Origin: Candidatus Omnitrophota bacterium
GTDB taxonomy: Bacteria; Omnitrophota; Gorgyraeia; Zapsychrales; Fredricksoniimonadaceae
DNA length: 64,000 nucleotides
Reading direction: 5' to 3'
Assembly: GCA_028870995.1 (NCBI GenBank)
Contig: JAGWOI010000011.1
Coordinates: 5,373-69,372, forward strand
Shown here: piece after piece, positions 20,025 to 31,700 of the stretch
How positions within the stretch are numbered: position 1 is the stretch's first letter
Layout of the letters: the number at the start of each line of letters is the position of its first letter
Made by a program: the position numbers and the translations under genes
The notes under the pieces: model-generated
What the model saw: only the letters and a program-made list of their open reading frames with translations
Database searches by the model: none
Told to the model about the DNA's origin: nothing

Positions 20025-23000
20025 CTATAAGGTGAGGGAGAAATTGTCTTCTCCCACCAACACCTTGATCTCCTCCACTAAAACCTCGCTGGGGGTTACA
20101 TAAAGCTCCTGGCCCACCAAAATCTGCACCTTTTTATAGTTATCCGCATTCATCTGCAGATACACCGGCGTCTTGCCGGGAAAACGCGCCAGTTTTTCCT
20201 TGAGCTTTTCAAACTGGCCCGGGCTGGACAAATCCACCTGTACGGATTTCACCAGGTCATAAACTTCATCGATCCCCGCCATCTCATTAGCCACCATCTT
20301 GGGAAAACCGTCCCTGAAGCTGACCTTGCCCTTGACCACCACCACCGTGTTTTCCTTTAAATAGGACGCGATCTGGGTGTAGCTTGAGGGAAACACCACG
20401 ATTTCCATTTCTCCGTCGTTGTCTTCCAAGCCTACAATGGCCATCCGCTCGTTGGTTTTTTTGGTGGTCGTCAATTTGACGCTGGTGATCAATCCTACCA
20501 TGCGCGCCTCCTGGCCGTCGCGGGCCCCCTTGATGCCGCTCGTCGTAAAATCGGCAAATTTTTCGATTTCAGTCTTGTAACGGTCCAAAGGATGGCCGCT
20601 TAAATAAAATCCCAGCAAGGCCTTTTCATGGGCCAGGACAGTGGCCTGCGGCCATTCAGGGATATCCGGCAGCTTCTGGTCATGGGCGCCGAAACCGCTG
20701 TCCTCCTCGCCCATGCTGAAAAAGGAGATCTGGCCTATTTCCTTTTCTTTCTGCCGCCGCAAGCCCGATTCCAATGCCACGTCCAGTACGGCCAGCATCT
20801 GGGAACGGCGGCATTTAAAACCATCCAAGGCCCCGGCCTTGATCAGGCTTTCTAAGACCTTATGATTATTCAAACGCAGATCAACCCGGCTGCAAAAATC
20901 AAAAAGGGTGGTAAAGGCGCCTCCTTCCTGACGGGCCTGCCCCATGGATTCAATGGCCCCGGCACCTATATTCTTGACCGCCAATAAACCATAACGGATA
21001 CTGTCCTTATTTTCGACGGTAAAAGCCGCATGGCTATGGTTGACGTCCGGAGGCAGGACGGCAATACCTATGGCGCCACACTCTTTCACGTACTCCACCA
21101 CCTTGGCCGTATTATCTTTTTCTGAAGTCAAGAGCGCCGCCATGAATTCCACTGGATAATTAGCCTTTAAATAGGCGGTGCGATAACTGATCAGCGAATA
21201 GGCCGCGGAATGACTGCGGTTAAACCCGTAGCCGGCGAAGTATTCGATCAAATCGAATAATTGGTTGGCCTGGGGCTCGGACATTTGGCTGGTTTTGGCG
21301 CAGCCTTCGACGAAGAAGACCCTTGCTTTCTGCATTTCAGCCGGTATTTTCTTACCCATGGCTTTGCGCAAGTCATCGGCCTGGGCCATGTTGAAGCCCG
21401 CAATCACAGAGGCGATCTGCATGACCTGTTCCTGGTAAAGGATGATGCCATAGGTGGGTTTGAGCACCCCTTCCAATTTCGGATGAGGATAGGAGATCTT
21501 CTGGTCCCCCCTCTTGCGTTTGATGAAATCATCCAGCATGCCGGATCCCATGGGGCCCGGCCGGTACAAGGCGTTGATGGCGATCAAATCCTCGAACTCC
21601 GAAGGTTTCATTTTTTTAAGCAAGTCCCGCATGCCGCCGCTTTCCAGCTGGAAGATCCCGGTGGCATGGGCGGCCCGGAGCATCTCAAAGGTCTTTTTAT
21701 CATCGAGCGGCAGATGATCGATATCGATGTCCTTGCCCTGGTGCTGCTTGACCAATTTCACGGTATCGGCAATGACCGTCAGCGTCCTCAATCCCAAAAA
21801 GTCCATTTTCAAAAGACCTATCTGGGAAATCCCATCCATATCGTAGGCGGTGGTCACCTGCCCGTCCGAACTTTTGAACAAGGGCACATACTCGGTCAGC
21901 GGTTTGTCGGAAATGACCACCCCCGCCGCATGGATCGACGCATGGCGGTTCAATCCTTCCAGCACCTGGGCGGTCGTCAACAACTGCTGGGAGGTCTTGT
22001 CGAATTCGACCGTCTGGCGTAATTGCGGCTCCACATTCAATGCTTCTTCGATGGTGATGCCGATTTCATTGGGGATAAGTTTGGCGATCCTATCCACATC
22101 CGCGTAAGCCAGGCCCATGGCCCGGCCCACGTCACGCACCGCGGCCTTGGCCTGCATGGACCCGAAGGTGATGATCTGGGCGACGTTGTCGCTGCCGTAT
22201 TTTTTAGTCACGTAATCGATGATCTCGCCGCGGCGTTCGAAGCAAAAGTCGATGTCGATATCGGGCATGCTCTTGCGGCCCGGGTTCAAAAAACGTTCGA
22301 ACAAGAGGCCGTATTTGATGGGATCAAGGTCGGTGATGCCCAACAGGTAACTGACCAGGCTGCCTGCCGCCGAACCGCGGCCGGGACCGACGGGCACCCT
22401 GATGGATTTGGCATAATTGATAAAATCCCACACAACCAGGAAATAACTGACGAAACCCATGTCCTGGATGGTCTTCAGTTCGTATTCCAGACGCTGGCGC
22501 AAGGCCTTATCATCAGCCTTGTCGGGGTAACGCTTCTTTAAGCCTTGTTCACAAAGCTGCAGCAAATACGCTTGAGGCGTCAGGCCCTGGGGCACTGCAT
22601 AATGAGGCAGGCGGTATTGGCCGAAATCCAATTTTAAATTGCACTGCTCGGCAATGCGCAGGGTGTTATCGACAGCATCAGGCATCCCCGCAAACAGCCC
22701 GGCCATGGCCTGCGGATCTTTAAAATAAAATTGATCGGAGGAAAACCGCATGTGGTTCGGATCGTTTAAAGTAGTCTGGGTCTGAATGCACAGCAGTGTC
22801 TCATGCGCCACAGCCTGTCCCTGCTCCAGGTAATGCACGTCATTACTGGCCACTAAAGGCAGGTTCAATTGCCTGGCGATCCTGATCAAGTCCTCATTGA
22901 CTCGTCTTTGCTCCATGATGCCGTGGTCCATGAGCTCAATATAATAATGGCCTTCGGCAAATATCTGGCGGTATTGGTCCGCCGCTTTGAGCGCCCCTTC

Positions 23001-23459
23001 GAAAGATCCGCGCAGCAGATGACCCGCGATCTCTCCCTTCAGGCAGCCCGAAGTGCCGATAAGGCCGCGGGAATGCCTGGCTAAAATCTCTTTGTCGATG
23101 CGCGGTTTATAATAAAACCCTTCTAAATAGGCCGCGCTGACCAGTTTCATCAGGTTCGCGTATCCTTCATTGGTGCAGGCCAGCAAGGTCAAATGACAGG
23201 TGCTTTTCTGGTCGGAGGTTTTATCAAAGCGGGTGGTCGGCGAGAGATAAACTTCGCTGCCGATAATGGGTTTAATGCCGGCCTTCTGGCAGGCCTTATA
23301 AAAATGGATGGCCCCGAACATGTTGCCGTGGTCGGTCATGCCTAAAGCCGGCATGCCGAATGCGGCAGCTTTCTTGACCAGCTCATCGACACGGCAGGCG
23401 CCGTCCAAAAGGGAATATTGGGTGTGAACGTGCAGGTGAACGAATTGCGGATTACTCAT
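20025..23459 (-). CDS. dnaE: DNA polymerase III alpha subunit
   Basis: PHP HLHVHTQYSLLDG, GPGRGSAAGS, MPDIDIDF, KMDFLGL. Confidence 0.98.
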   Translation of the reverse strand: MSNPQFVHLHVHTQYSLLDGACRVDELVKKAAAFGMPALGMTDHGNMFGAIHFYKACQKAGIKPIIGSEVYLSPTTRFDKTSDQKSTCHLTLLACTNEGYANLMKLVSAAYLEGFYYKPRIDKEILARHSRGLIGTSGCLKGEIAGHLLRGSFEGALKAADQYRQIFAEGHYYIELMDHGIMEQRRVNEDLIRIARQLNLPLVASNDVHYLEQGQAVAHETLLCIQTQTTLNDPNHMRFSSDQFYFKDPQAMAGLFAGMPDAVDNTLRIAEQCNLKLDFGQYRLPHYAVPQGLTPQAYLLQLCEQGLKKRYPDKADDKALRQRLEYELKTIQDMGFVSYFLVVWDFINYAKSIRVPVGPGRGSAAGSLVSYLLGITDLDPIKYGLLFERFLNPGRKSMPDIDIDFCFERRGEIIDYVTKKYGSDNVAQIITFGSMQAKAAVRDVGRAMGLAYADVDRIAKLIPNEIGITIEEALNVEPQLRQTVEFDKTSQQLLTTAQVLEGLNRHASIHAAGVVISDKPLTEYVPLFKSSDGQVTTAYDMDGISQIGLLKMDFLGLRTLTVIADTVKLVKQHQGKDIDIDHLPLDDKKTFEMLRAAHATGIFQLESGGMRDLLKKMKPSEFEDLIAINALYRPGPMGSGMLDDFIKRKRGDQKISYPHPKLEGVLKPTYGIILYQEQVMQIASVIAGFNMAQADDLRKAMGKKIPAEMQKARVFFVEGCAKTSQMSEPQANQLFDLIEYFAGYGFNRSHSAAYSLISYRTAYLKANYPVEFMAALLTSEKDNTAKVVEYVKECGAIGIAVLPPDVNHSHAAFTVENKDSIRYGLLAVKNIGAGAIESMGQARQEGGAFTTLFDFCSRVDLRLNNHKVLESLIKAGALDGFKCRRSQMLAVLDVALESGLRRQKEKEIGQISFFSMGEEDSGFGAHDQKLPDIPEWPQATVLAHEKALLGFYLSGHPLDRYKTEIEKFADFTTSGIKGARDGQEARMVGLITSVKLTTTKKTNERMAIVGLEDNDGEMEIVVFPSSYTQIASYLKENTVVVVKGKVSFRDGFPKMVANEMAGIDEVYDLVKSVQVDLSSPGQFEKLKEKLARFPGKTPVYLQMNADNYKKVQILVGQELYVTPSEVLVEEIKVLVGEDNFSLTL

Positions 23460-23465
23460 GTATAT

Positions 23466-23513
23466 AAAAAGGCCTTGGATGTTAAATCGAACATTAATTT
23501 AACATCCAAGACC
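23466..23513 (-). terminator. Intrinsic terminator after guaA
   Basis: 14-bp perfect stem CTTGGATGTTAAAT/ATTTAACATCCAAG, then T5 on the minus strand. Confidence 0.7.
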
Positions 23514-23540
23514 CATAGGAATCAATACAAATTAATTTGG

Positions 23541-25241
23541 TTATTCCCACTCGATGGTGGCTGGAGGTTTGGAGCTGATGTCGTAAACCACCCGGTTGAC
23601 GCCCGGCACCTCATTGATGATGCGGTTGGAGATGCGGCCCAGTAAATCATAAGGCAGCGGCGCCCAGTCAGCGGTCATGCCGTCGGCGCTCGTGACGCAG
23701 CGCAGGGCAATGACATTCTCGTAGGTGCGCTGGTCGCCCATAACACCGACGGTCTTGATGGGAAGCAGCACAGCAAAGGATTGCCATAATTCCTGGTAGA
23801 GGCCGGCCTTTTTGATCTCATCCAGCACGCGCTCGTCCGCCTCGCGCAGGATCTCCAGGCGTTCGGCCGTCACCTCTCCGATGACGCGGATGGCCAGGCC
23901 TGGCCCGGGGAAAGGCTGGCGTTTAAGGATGGACTCGGGCATCTGCAGGTTCTTACCGATCAGACGCACCTCATCTTTAAATAATTCGCGTAAAGGCTCG
24001 ACCAGCTTGAATTTCATATCCTTGGGCAGGCCGCCGACGTTGTGATGGCTTTTGATGACTGCTGTCGGACCGCCATGAGCGGCCACGGATTCGATCACAT
24101 CCGGATATAAGGTCCCTTGGGCCAGGAATTCCGCGCCCTTGATCTTCTTGGCCGCATCCTGAAAAACCCGGATAAATTCATCACCGATGATCTTGCGTTT
24201 CTGTTCGGGATCTTCCACTCCTTTAAGCCTGTCCAAGAAACGCTTCTCGGCCTCGACCAGGGTCAAATTCATTTTGAAATGGCCTTTGAACGTGCGCACC
24301 ACGGAGGCTGATTCGTTCTTGCGCAATAAACCGTTGTCCACAAAAATACAGTACAGGCGGCTGCCGATGGCTTTTTGCAGCAGCACCGCCACCACCGATG
24401 AATCCACCCCGCCGCTTAACCCTAAGACCACTTTTTTGCCGCCCACGGTCTCTTGGACCTGCTTGACGGCCGCTGTGATGAAACGGTCCATGGTCCAGCG
24501 CGGCAGGCATCCGCAAATCGTATAAGCAAAATTCTGGATGATCTGCAAGCCCCGCTGCGTGTGCACGACTTCGGGATGGAACTGCACCCCGTAAATCCTG
24601 CGGTTGCGGTTGGCAATGGCAGCATTGGCCGCATTTAAGGTGTGTGCAATACGGATAAAGCCCGGCGGCGGCGCAACGATCTCGTCCCCGTGGCTCATCC
24701 AGCAGGTCAAATTGGTCGACAGATTGCTGAACAGATCTTTATTGTTATCAATAAAAAGCTCAGCCTTGCCGTATTCACGGTCCTTGGCGCGGGACACCTT
24801 GCCGCCCAGCATGTGGGTGATGGCCTGCATGCCGTAACAGACGCCTAAAATAGGAATATTCAACTTGAAAATGTCCGGGTGCGGCAAAGGCGCGTTCTTA
24901 TCGGTGACGCTTTGCGGGCCGCCGGAAAGGATGATGCCTTTAGGATAAATTTCCTTGATCTTTTCGGGGGTGATATTGTACGGGACGATCTGGCTGAAAA
25001 CCTTGCTCTCGCGCACCCGGCGGGCAATAAGCTGGGTGTATTGTGACCCCATGTCAAGGATCAAAATGATGTCACGGCTGCGCTGCTTGCGGACTTCCAT
25101 GGGAACGATCTTGGAAGAAGACCGCAATTTGATCGGCTTCATCAAACCATGCACCGGCTTGCGCTTAGGTTTGGCAAAGCGGGCGGGCTTAACCGAAATT
25201 TTTTTTAAAGTTTTTCGTTTGGCAGCTTTTTTTATGGCCAT
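23541..25241 (-). CDS. guaA: GMP synthase with Lys/Arg-rich N-terminal extension
   Basis: [32 protein letters not shown]. Confidence 0.97.
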   Translation of the reverse strand: MAIKKAAKRKTLKKISVKPARFAKPKRKPVHGLMKPIKLRSSSKIVPMEVRKQRSRDIILILDMGSQYTQLIARRVRESKVFSQIVPYNITPEKIKEIYPKGIILSGGPQSVTDKNAPLPHPDIFKLNIPILGVCYGMQAITHMLGGKVSRAKDREYGKAELFIDNNKDLFSNLSTNLTCWMSHGDEIVAPPPGFIRIAHTLNAANAAIANRNRRIYGVQFHPEVVHTQRGLQIIQNFAYTICGCLPRWTMDRFITAAVKQVQETVGGKKVVLGLSGGVDSSVVAVLLQKAIGSRLYCIFVDNGLLRKNESASVVRTFKGHFKMNLTLVEAEKRFLDRLKGVEDPEQKRKIIGDEFIRVFQDAAKKIKGAEFLAQGTLYPDVIESVAAHGGPTAVIKSHHNVGGLPKDMKFKLVEPLRELFKDEVRLIGKNLQMPESILKRQPFPGPGLAIRVIGEVTAERLEILREADERVLDEIKKAGLYQELWQSFAVLLPIKTVGVMGDQRTYENVIALRCVTSADGMTADWAPLPYDLLGRISNRIINEVPGVNRVVYDISSKPPATIEWE

Positions 25242-25267
25242 GAACCATCACTCCTTATGTAAGCGGC

Positions 25268-26437
25268 TCACTTCCCCATTCCCACGCGCTGGCCGATCTG
25301 GAAGACCTTGCCTTCCGTCTGGATCGAGGGCGCGAGGATGATTTCGACATCGTGCATTTCCTTGAGATTACGGGCGCCCAAAGAACCCATGGAGGTCTTT
25401 AAAGCGCCGACTAAATTCTGCGAACCGTCATCGACCTTGGCCGGCCCCATGAGGATTTCCTTCAAGGAACCGCTGGTGCCTACCCTGATACGGGTGCCGC
25501 GGGGCAGGTTGGCGTGGCTGGTGGCCATGCCCCAATGATAACCGCGGCCTGGGGCTTCTTCAGCCTTGGCAAAGGCGGAACCCACCATCACCGCGTCCGA
25601 CCCGGCGGCAAAGGCCTTGCAAATTTCGCCGCCGATACGCATACCTCCGTCGGTGATCATGGGAATGTACTGCCCCCTGCGCTTGAAAAAATAATCGCGG
25701 GCCGCGCAGCAATCCACCGTGGCGGTGATCTGCGGAACGCCGATGCCCAGAACGCCGCGCGAAGTGCAGGCGGCACCGGGCCCGATTCCGACCAAAACCG
25801 CGGAGGCTCCGGCCTCCATGATCTCCAGCGACATGTCGTAAGTCACCACATTGCCGACGATGACAGGCACCTTGCTGTTTTTGCAAAAATCAGCCAGGTC
25901 CAAAATCTTGTATTCCGTGGCGATATGGCGCACGGTCGCCACAGTGGATTGGACAATGAAGATGTCCACCCCCGCTTCGGCGGCGATCTTGGAGAAACGG
26001 GCCGCATTCTGCGGAATGCAGCTGACCACCGCAGGCACCTTGCCCTTCTTTATCTCCTCGACGCGCTTGGCGATCAGTTTTTCTTTGACGGGAAATTTGG
26101 TATTGTCGTAAAGGCTTTGAACGAGCTTGGTGGCCTCTTCGGGGCTCGCGGAGGCGATTTGCTCCAGGATCTCTCCCGGGTTCTCGTAACGGGTCTGGAT
26201 ACCGTCAAGGTTCAAGACCGCAATGCCGCCCAACTTCCCCATGGCAATGGCAAAATTAACATCCACAACGCCATCCATGGAAGCCGCCATGATCGGAACG
26301 GAAAATTTATGTTTACCTAAAATAAAGGTGGTATCAACTTCAGTGGGGTTGACGGTTACCATGCCTGGAACCAGTGCAACTTCATCAAAACCGTAACACC
26401 TGCGTGCACGCCGCCCTATGCCAATCCAATCAGCCAT
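25268..26437 (-). CDS. guaB: IMP dehydrogenase-family protein (GuaB3 type, no CBS domain)
   Basis: [37 protein letters not shown]. Confidence 0.9.
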   Translation of the reverse strand: MADWIGIGRRARRCYGFDEVALVPGMVTVNPTEVDTTFILGKHKFSVPIMAASMDGVVDVNFAIAMGKLGGIAVLNLDGIQTRYENPGEILEQIASASPEEATKLVQSLYDNTKFPVKEKLIAKRVEEIKKGKVPAVVSCIPQNAARFSKIAAEAGVDIFIVQSTVATVRHIATEYKILDLADFCKNSKVPVIVGNVVTYDMSLEIMEAGASAVLVGIGPGAACTSRGVLGIGVPQITATVDCCAARDYFFKRRGQYIPMITDGGMRIGGEICKAFAAGSDAVMVGSAFAKAEEAPGRGYHWGMATSHANLPRGTRIRVGTSGSLKEILMGPAKVDDGSQNLVGALKTSMGSLGARNLKEMHDVEIILAPSIQTEGKVFQIGQRVGMGK

Positions 26438-26506
26438 CGCCTAACTCCTTTATTTCCAATAAGATAAATTCTTATAAAAGAGGATGTAAAATGAATTTGA
26501 AGCGAG

Positions 26507-26535
26507 ATTATACCTTAGTATGACTGAAAAGTCAA
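26507..26535 (-). promoter_or_regulatory. Sigma70 promoter of guaB-guaA
   Basis: TTGACT-N17-TATAAT on the minus strand; palindrome TGACT-N4-AGTCA overlaps the -35 box. Confidence 0.75.
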
Positions 26536-26563
26536 ATAAAAACGGCTCGCAGCCTACCTTAAT

Positions 26564-26605
26564 AAAAAAGGGATCAGGGATAATTTTAACCTATCCCTGA
26601 TCCCT
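26564..26605 (-). terminator. Intrinsic terminator after groEL
   Basis: 14-bp stem AGGGATCAGGGATA/TATCCCTGATCCCT with T-tract on the minus strand. Confidence 0.8.
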
Positions 26606-26626
26606 AAACATCAACCGGTAAGGATA

Positions 26627-28294
<1,668 letters not shown>

Positions 28295-28322
28295 TCATTC
28301 TCTGGATAAGCGAGAATCCCTA

Positions 28323-28613
28323 TCACTTTACAATGGCCAAAACATCCTCTTCCTTCATGATCAAAAGCTCTTCGCCGTCGTTGGTGGTGATTTCCGTGCC
28401 GCCGTATTTGGCAAATAAAATACGATCGCCGACTTTAACTTTGGGGGCCTTAATTTGGCCACTTTCTAAAGTCTTACCTTCTCCCACAGCCACTACTTTA
28501 CCCTCTTGGGGTTTTTCCTTGGCCGTATCCGGAAGCAAAATGCCGCCCTTGGTGACTTCCTTAGCTTCCAGCACCTTGACCACGATACGGTCATCTAATG
28601 GTTGAATAGCCAT
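28323..28613 (-). CDS. groES: Co-chaperonin GroES
   Basis: [23 protein letters not shown]; SD GGAG before ATG 28613. Confidence 0.98.
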   Translation of the reverse strand: MAIQPLDDRIVVKVLEAKEVTKGGILLPDTAKEKPQEGKVVAVGEGKTLESGQIKAPKVKVGDRILFAKYGGTEITTNDGEELLIMKEEDVLAIVK

Positions 28614-28695
28614 AACCTCTCCTCCTTCATGCAAAAACGGTTAATATTGTTTGAAAAACTTCCTTAAAAAAGTGCAGGATCCGATGCAGGGATAC

Positions 28696-28722
28696 TTAGC
28701 ACTACCAAATCTGGAGTGCTAA
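28696..28722. promoter_or_regulatory. CIRCE element 1 (HrcA operator)
   Basis: TTAGCACTa-N9-GAGTGCTAA, one mismatch to consensus. Confidence 0.92.
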
Positions 28723-28749
28723 TATAGCGGCAGATAAAAATTTTGTCAA
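28721..28749 (-). promoter_or_regulatory. Sigma70 promoter of groESL
   Basis: TTGACA-N17-TATATT, between the two CIRCEs. Confidence 0.8.
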
Positions 28750-28756
28750 GAAAATT

Positions 28757-28783
28757 TTAGCAGTGAATTTAATCGAGTGCTAA
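28757..28783. promoter_or_regulatory. CIRCE element 2, overlapping the 3' end of the upstream ORF
   Basis: TTAGCAgTg-N9-GAGTGCTAA. Confidence 0.8.
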
Positions 28784-31700
28784 GATTGCTTTGAGATTGA
28801 CAGGAAGGACATTGAGGATTTGGATTTCGACGCCGGAAAAATTCCCCCGCCGGAATTGGGCGATCATAGCAGGATCAAAAGTAATATTAACCTTCGAGCC
28901 AACGCTTTCCAGGTTCAAATTTCTTGAATTTAAGTCGATACCGCCGGGCTCTGCCTCCGCCAACACCGGCTTATGCAAAACCCCCTGCCTTATCTTGACG
29001 GCGCGATTCAATTTTTCCAATTCGCGCTCAGGTAATCCGCTGTTGGAGATCATCCTTATAACTCCTTTAAGCTGGCTGTCATTGGCGGAATTGATGGCTC
29101 GAAGCAGACTGTCCCCCATGGTGATCTGTGCCTCTTCTTCAACAACATTGTGGGCCATTGCCGAATCTTGCGGAATAGTTATCCCGGTTTCTGTCAATTG
29201 GCCAACAATGGAACCATCCCTAGCGACTTCTCCTTGGGCGTCAATCATGTACCGGCCAGGTTTTTGTATATCAATCAACAGTCCCGGACTGTGCTTGACA
29301 AGTTGAAAGCCTCTTTGGATGAGATATTGAGGAACCCTACCTTCAGCGATCACTCGTTTTGCTCCTGAGACATCTTTCCAAAGATTATCAAGACTCCAGC
29401 CGGGATTCTGAACTTTGAGCCCGTCAATGTGAATTTCCACCCCTTTTCCGGCTTTAATGATCAAGGTCCCGTCCACATCCACATTTTTAAGATAAATATT
29501 GTCACCTTCTATCCTGACCACTGCCTTTGAAGACCAGACGCCGCCGCTTAACTTATCGCGGACATCCAAAATCGTCGGTGCCCAACCGGGCGTATAAACA
29601 AATTTGGCCCCATCAAACCATGGGAACTGAACATCCTCTTTAACGGTTTCATTGCCCTTTTTAACTTCAATTTCAAAGGGAATAGTGCGTTCGATCCCTT
29701 GAATTCCGGCCCCTGGAAAAGTGACCCCCCCCATCTGGGCAGCAATCCTGCGGTTATTTTGGTAATACATACCTTCAACCGCAAAGGGGCTTTCAAGGAA
29801 CGCACCGTCCTTCAAACGCTTATAACTTTCCGGATAATCATTCTTAAGAGCGGCAAAAACGAAACGGGGCTCAAAACTCGTCACACCCACCTTTGATCCG
29901 TCAAACCACACGGCAGCATCCTGCATATTATTTTCCGCACGCATGGGTTTGGCCAGTTCCTCGCTGCCCGGTTTGGTTTTAGGATTTAAAAGAAAAGGAA
30001 CCTGCCCCTTGGTCTTTTCGACCGCAGCCAACCATGAATCTATTTTCATCGTAAAGACGTTGATGTTGCCGGCATACTGGCTTTCAATGGCCTTTAATTT
30101 CGGTCTTTTATTAATGAAGTTATATTCAATATTCCTGGTGATAACTTTGCCTTGCCTGGCCTTAACCTCCTTCAAAACTTCCGAGATCTTGTCCGCCATC
30201 GACTCGAAGCCCGGAATGTTATTGTGCACATAATCAATTGTATCAACCAACACCCTGTGATCAGGCCCTACATATCCTTTTTGCTGTAGAAGCCCCATAA
30301 GGACGCCGCTTAAACCTCCAGAAACCTTATCAAGGTCCTCCAGCGTCAAGGGATTGCCTGTAAGGGTCATTAAAATTCCTGTCGCCTCGCCGGGTTTACG
30401 TTTGACACCGACAAGGTTCATGTCATCACCGCGCTCCACGGCATTGGCCAAGAGCGGCAGGATGGCATTCCACGTCTCCACATTAGTGTCCTGATAAAAA
30501 AGCAATTGAGCCTTGCCCCTGGCCTGGAAATATTTTACCAGCCCTGAACGGTACAGCATTTCATGAATGTCGCCATGACCTCTGGGATTTTCGCCTAGTT
30601 TGTATTGACCTTCCTTGGAAAGGCTGGCATTCATGTCCTTGACCAGGGGGACCATGTTCTGGCGGATGAGAATAATTTGCCCCAACCGGGCTTGAGGATC
30701 AACTTCTTGCGTTGAATCAACCACTGAATAGCCCCTGAGACCATAAGAATGATGCTCCTCCAACATTTTAATGGTGGCATCATGCGTCTTATCTGAAGTC
30801 ATAATGATAAAGGGAATTTCAACAGGTCGACCGGTCATCTTCAAATAGGCTTTTTGTTTAGCAAGGATTTCTTCGGCATCTTTCTGAAGGAACGGTTCAC
30901 CGGTGATTAAATCAACAGGAATCCCGACCTTAGGGCCGTTATACCCCAACCTGTCGCCCGCCCCTCCCGCGACCTTTACTAAAACCAATTGATTGAGATA
31001 GCCGACACCTCTTTGAGTATAGTCCAAATAATCCTGATTGATTCCGTCAAAAACCTTGCCTTGGGGGACTTGGGGAGTATAGCCATCCGTAGGATCAACA
31101 TCCTTGGCGTTTTTAAGAAGATTACGGACAAGGCCCTTGTAACCCGCCAAGCCGCCTTGCAGCTCTTTGTTCTTACGCGATACTTGGTCCAAGAAACTTT
31201 TTTTCTTGTCATCATTAATGCCGGGAGCATCCAAGTCCCGCATCAAGTCCTGTTCTCCTATATCTACCAATAATTTGATCGTAGCCAGGTTTTCTGCGGA
31301 AGACAGGACCCCCGCTTCGATATTCTGTAAAGCCGCTTCAGGTACACCTTTTGCCCGTAATTCCGCCAACATCGCTGCGTTAGGGCCGCTACCGGCTTCC
31401 TCAGTGAGCCCCTTGATGGTATAATACCTCCCAGGGACCGCTTCGAATGCCGCTTTAGCCTCTGCTGGAGTGGCCATAGCCAAATCCCTGACCGGCGTCA
31501 AACCGCCGGAAAAATATTTACGCGGGACTGTCTGTTCCGTGGCCGGATCGGTCTCTTCTTTAATAAAATTAAACACACCTCTTTTATAAGCCTGGACATA
31601 TTGATTATAAATTTTCTCCTGGATAGCAGGGTCACTCACATTGACGCCGTTGACCTTGGATTTATCGGTATAAACCTGGTTGAGCAGGGCATGTTTCAAA

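Noticed and set aside
20025-23459. Intein in DnaE
   Set aside because: Normal length (1144 aa) and no intein splice motifs seen.
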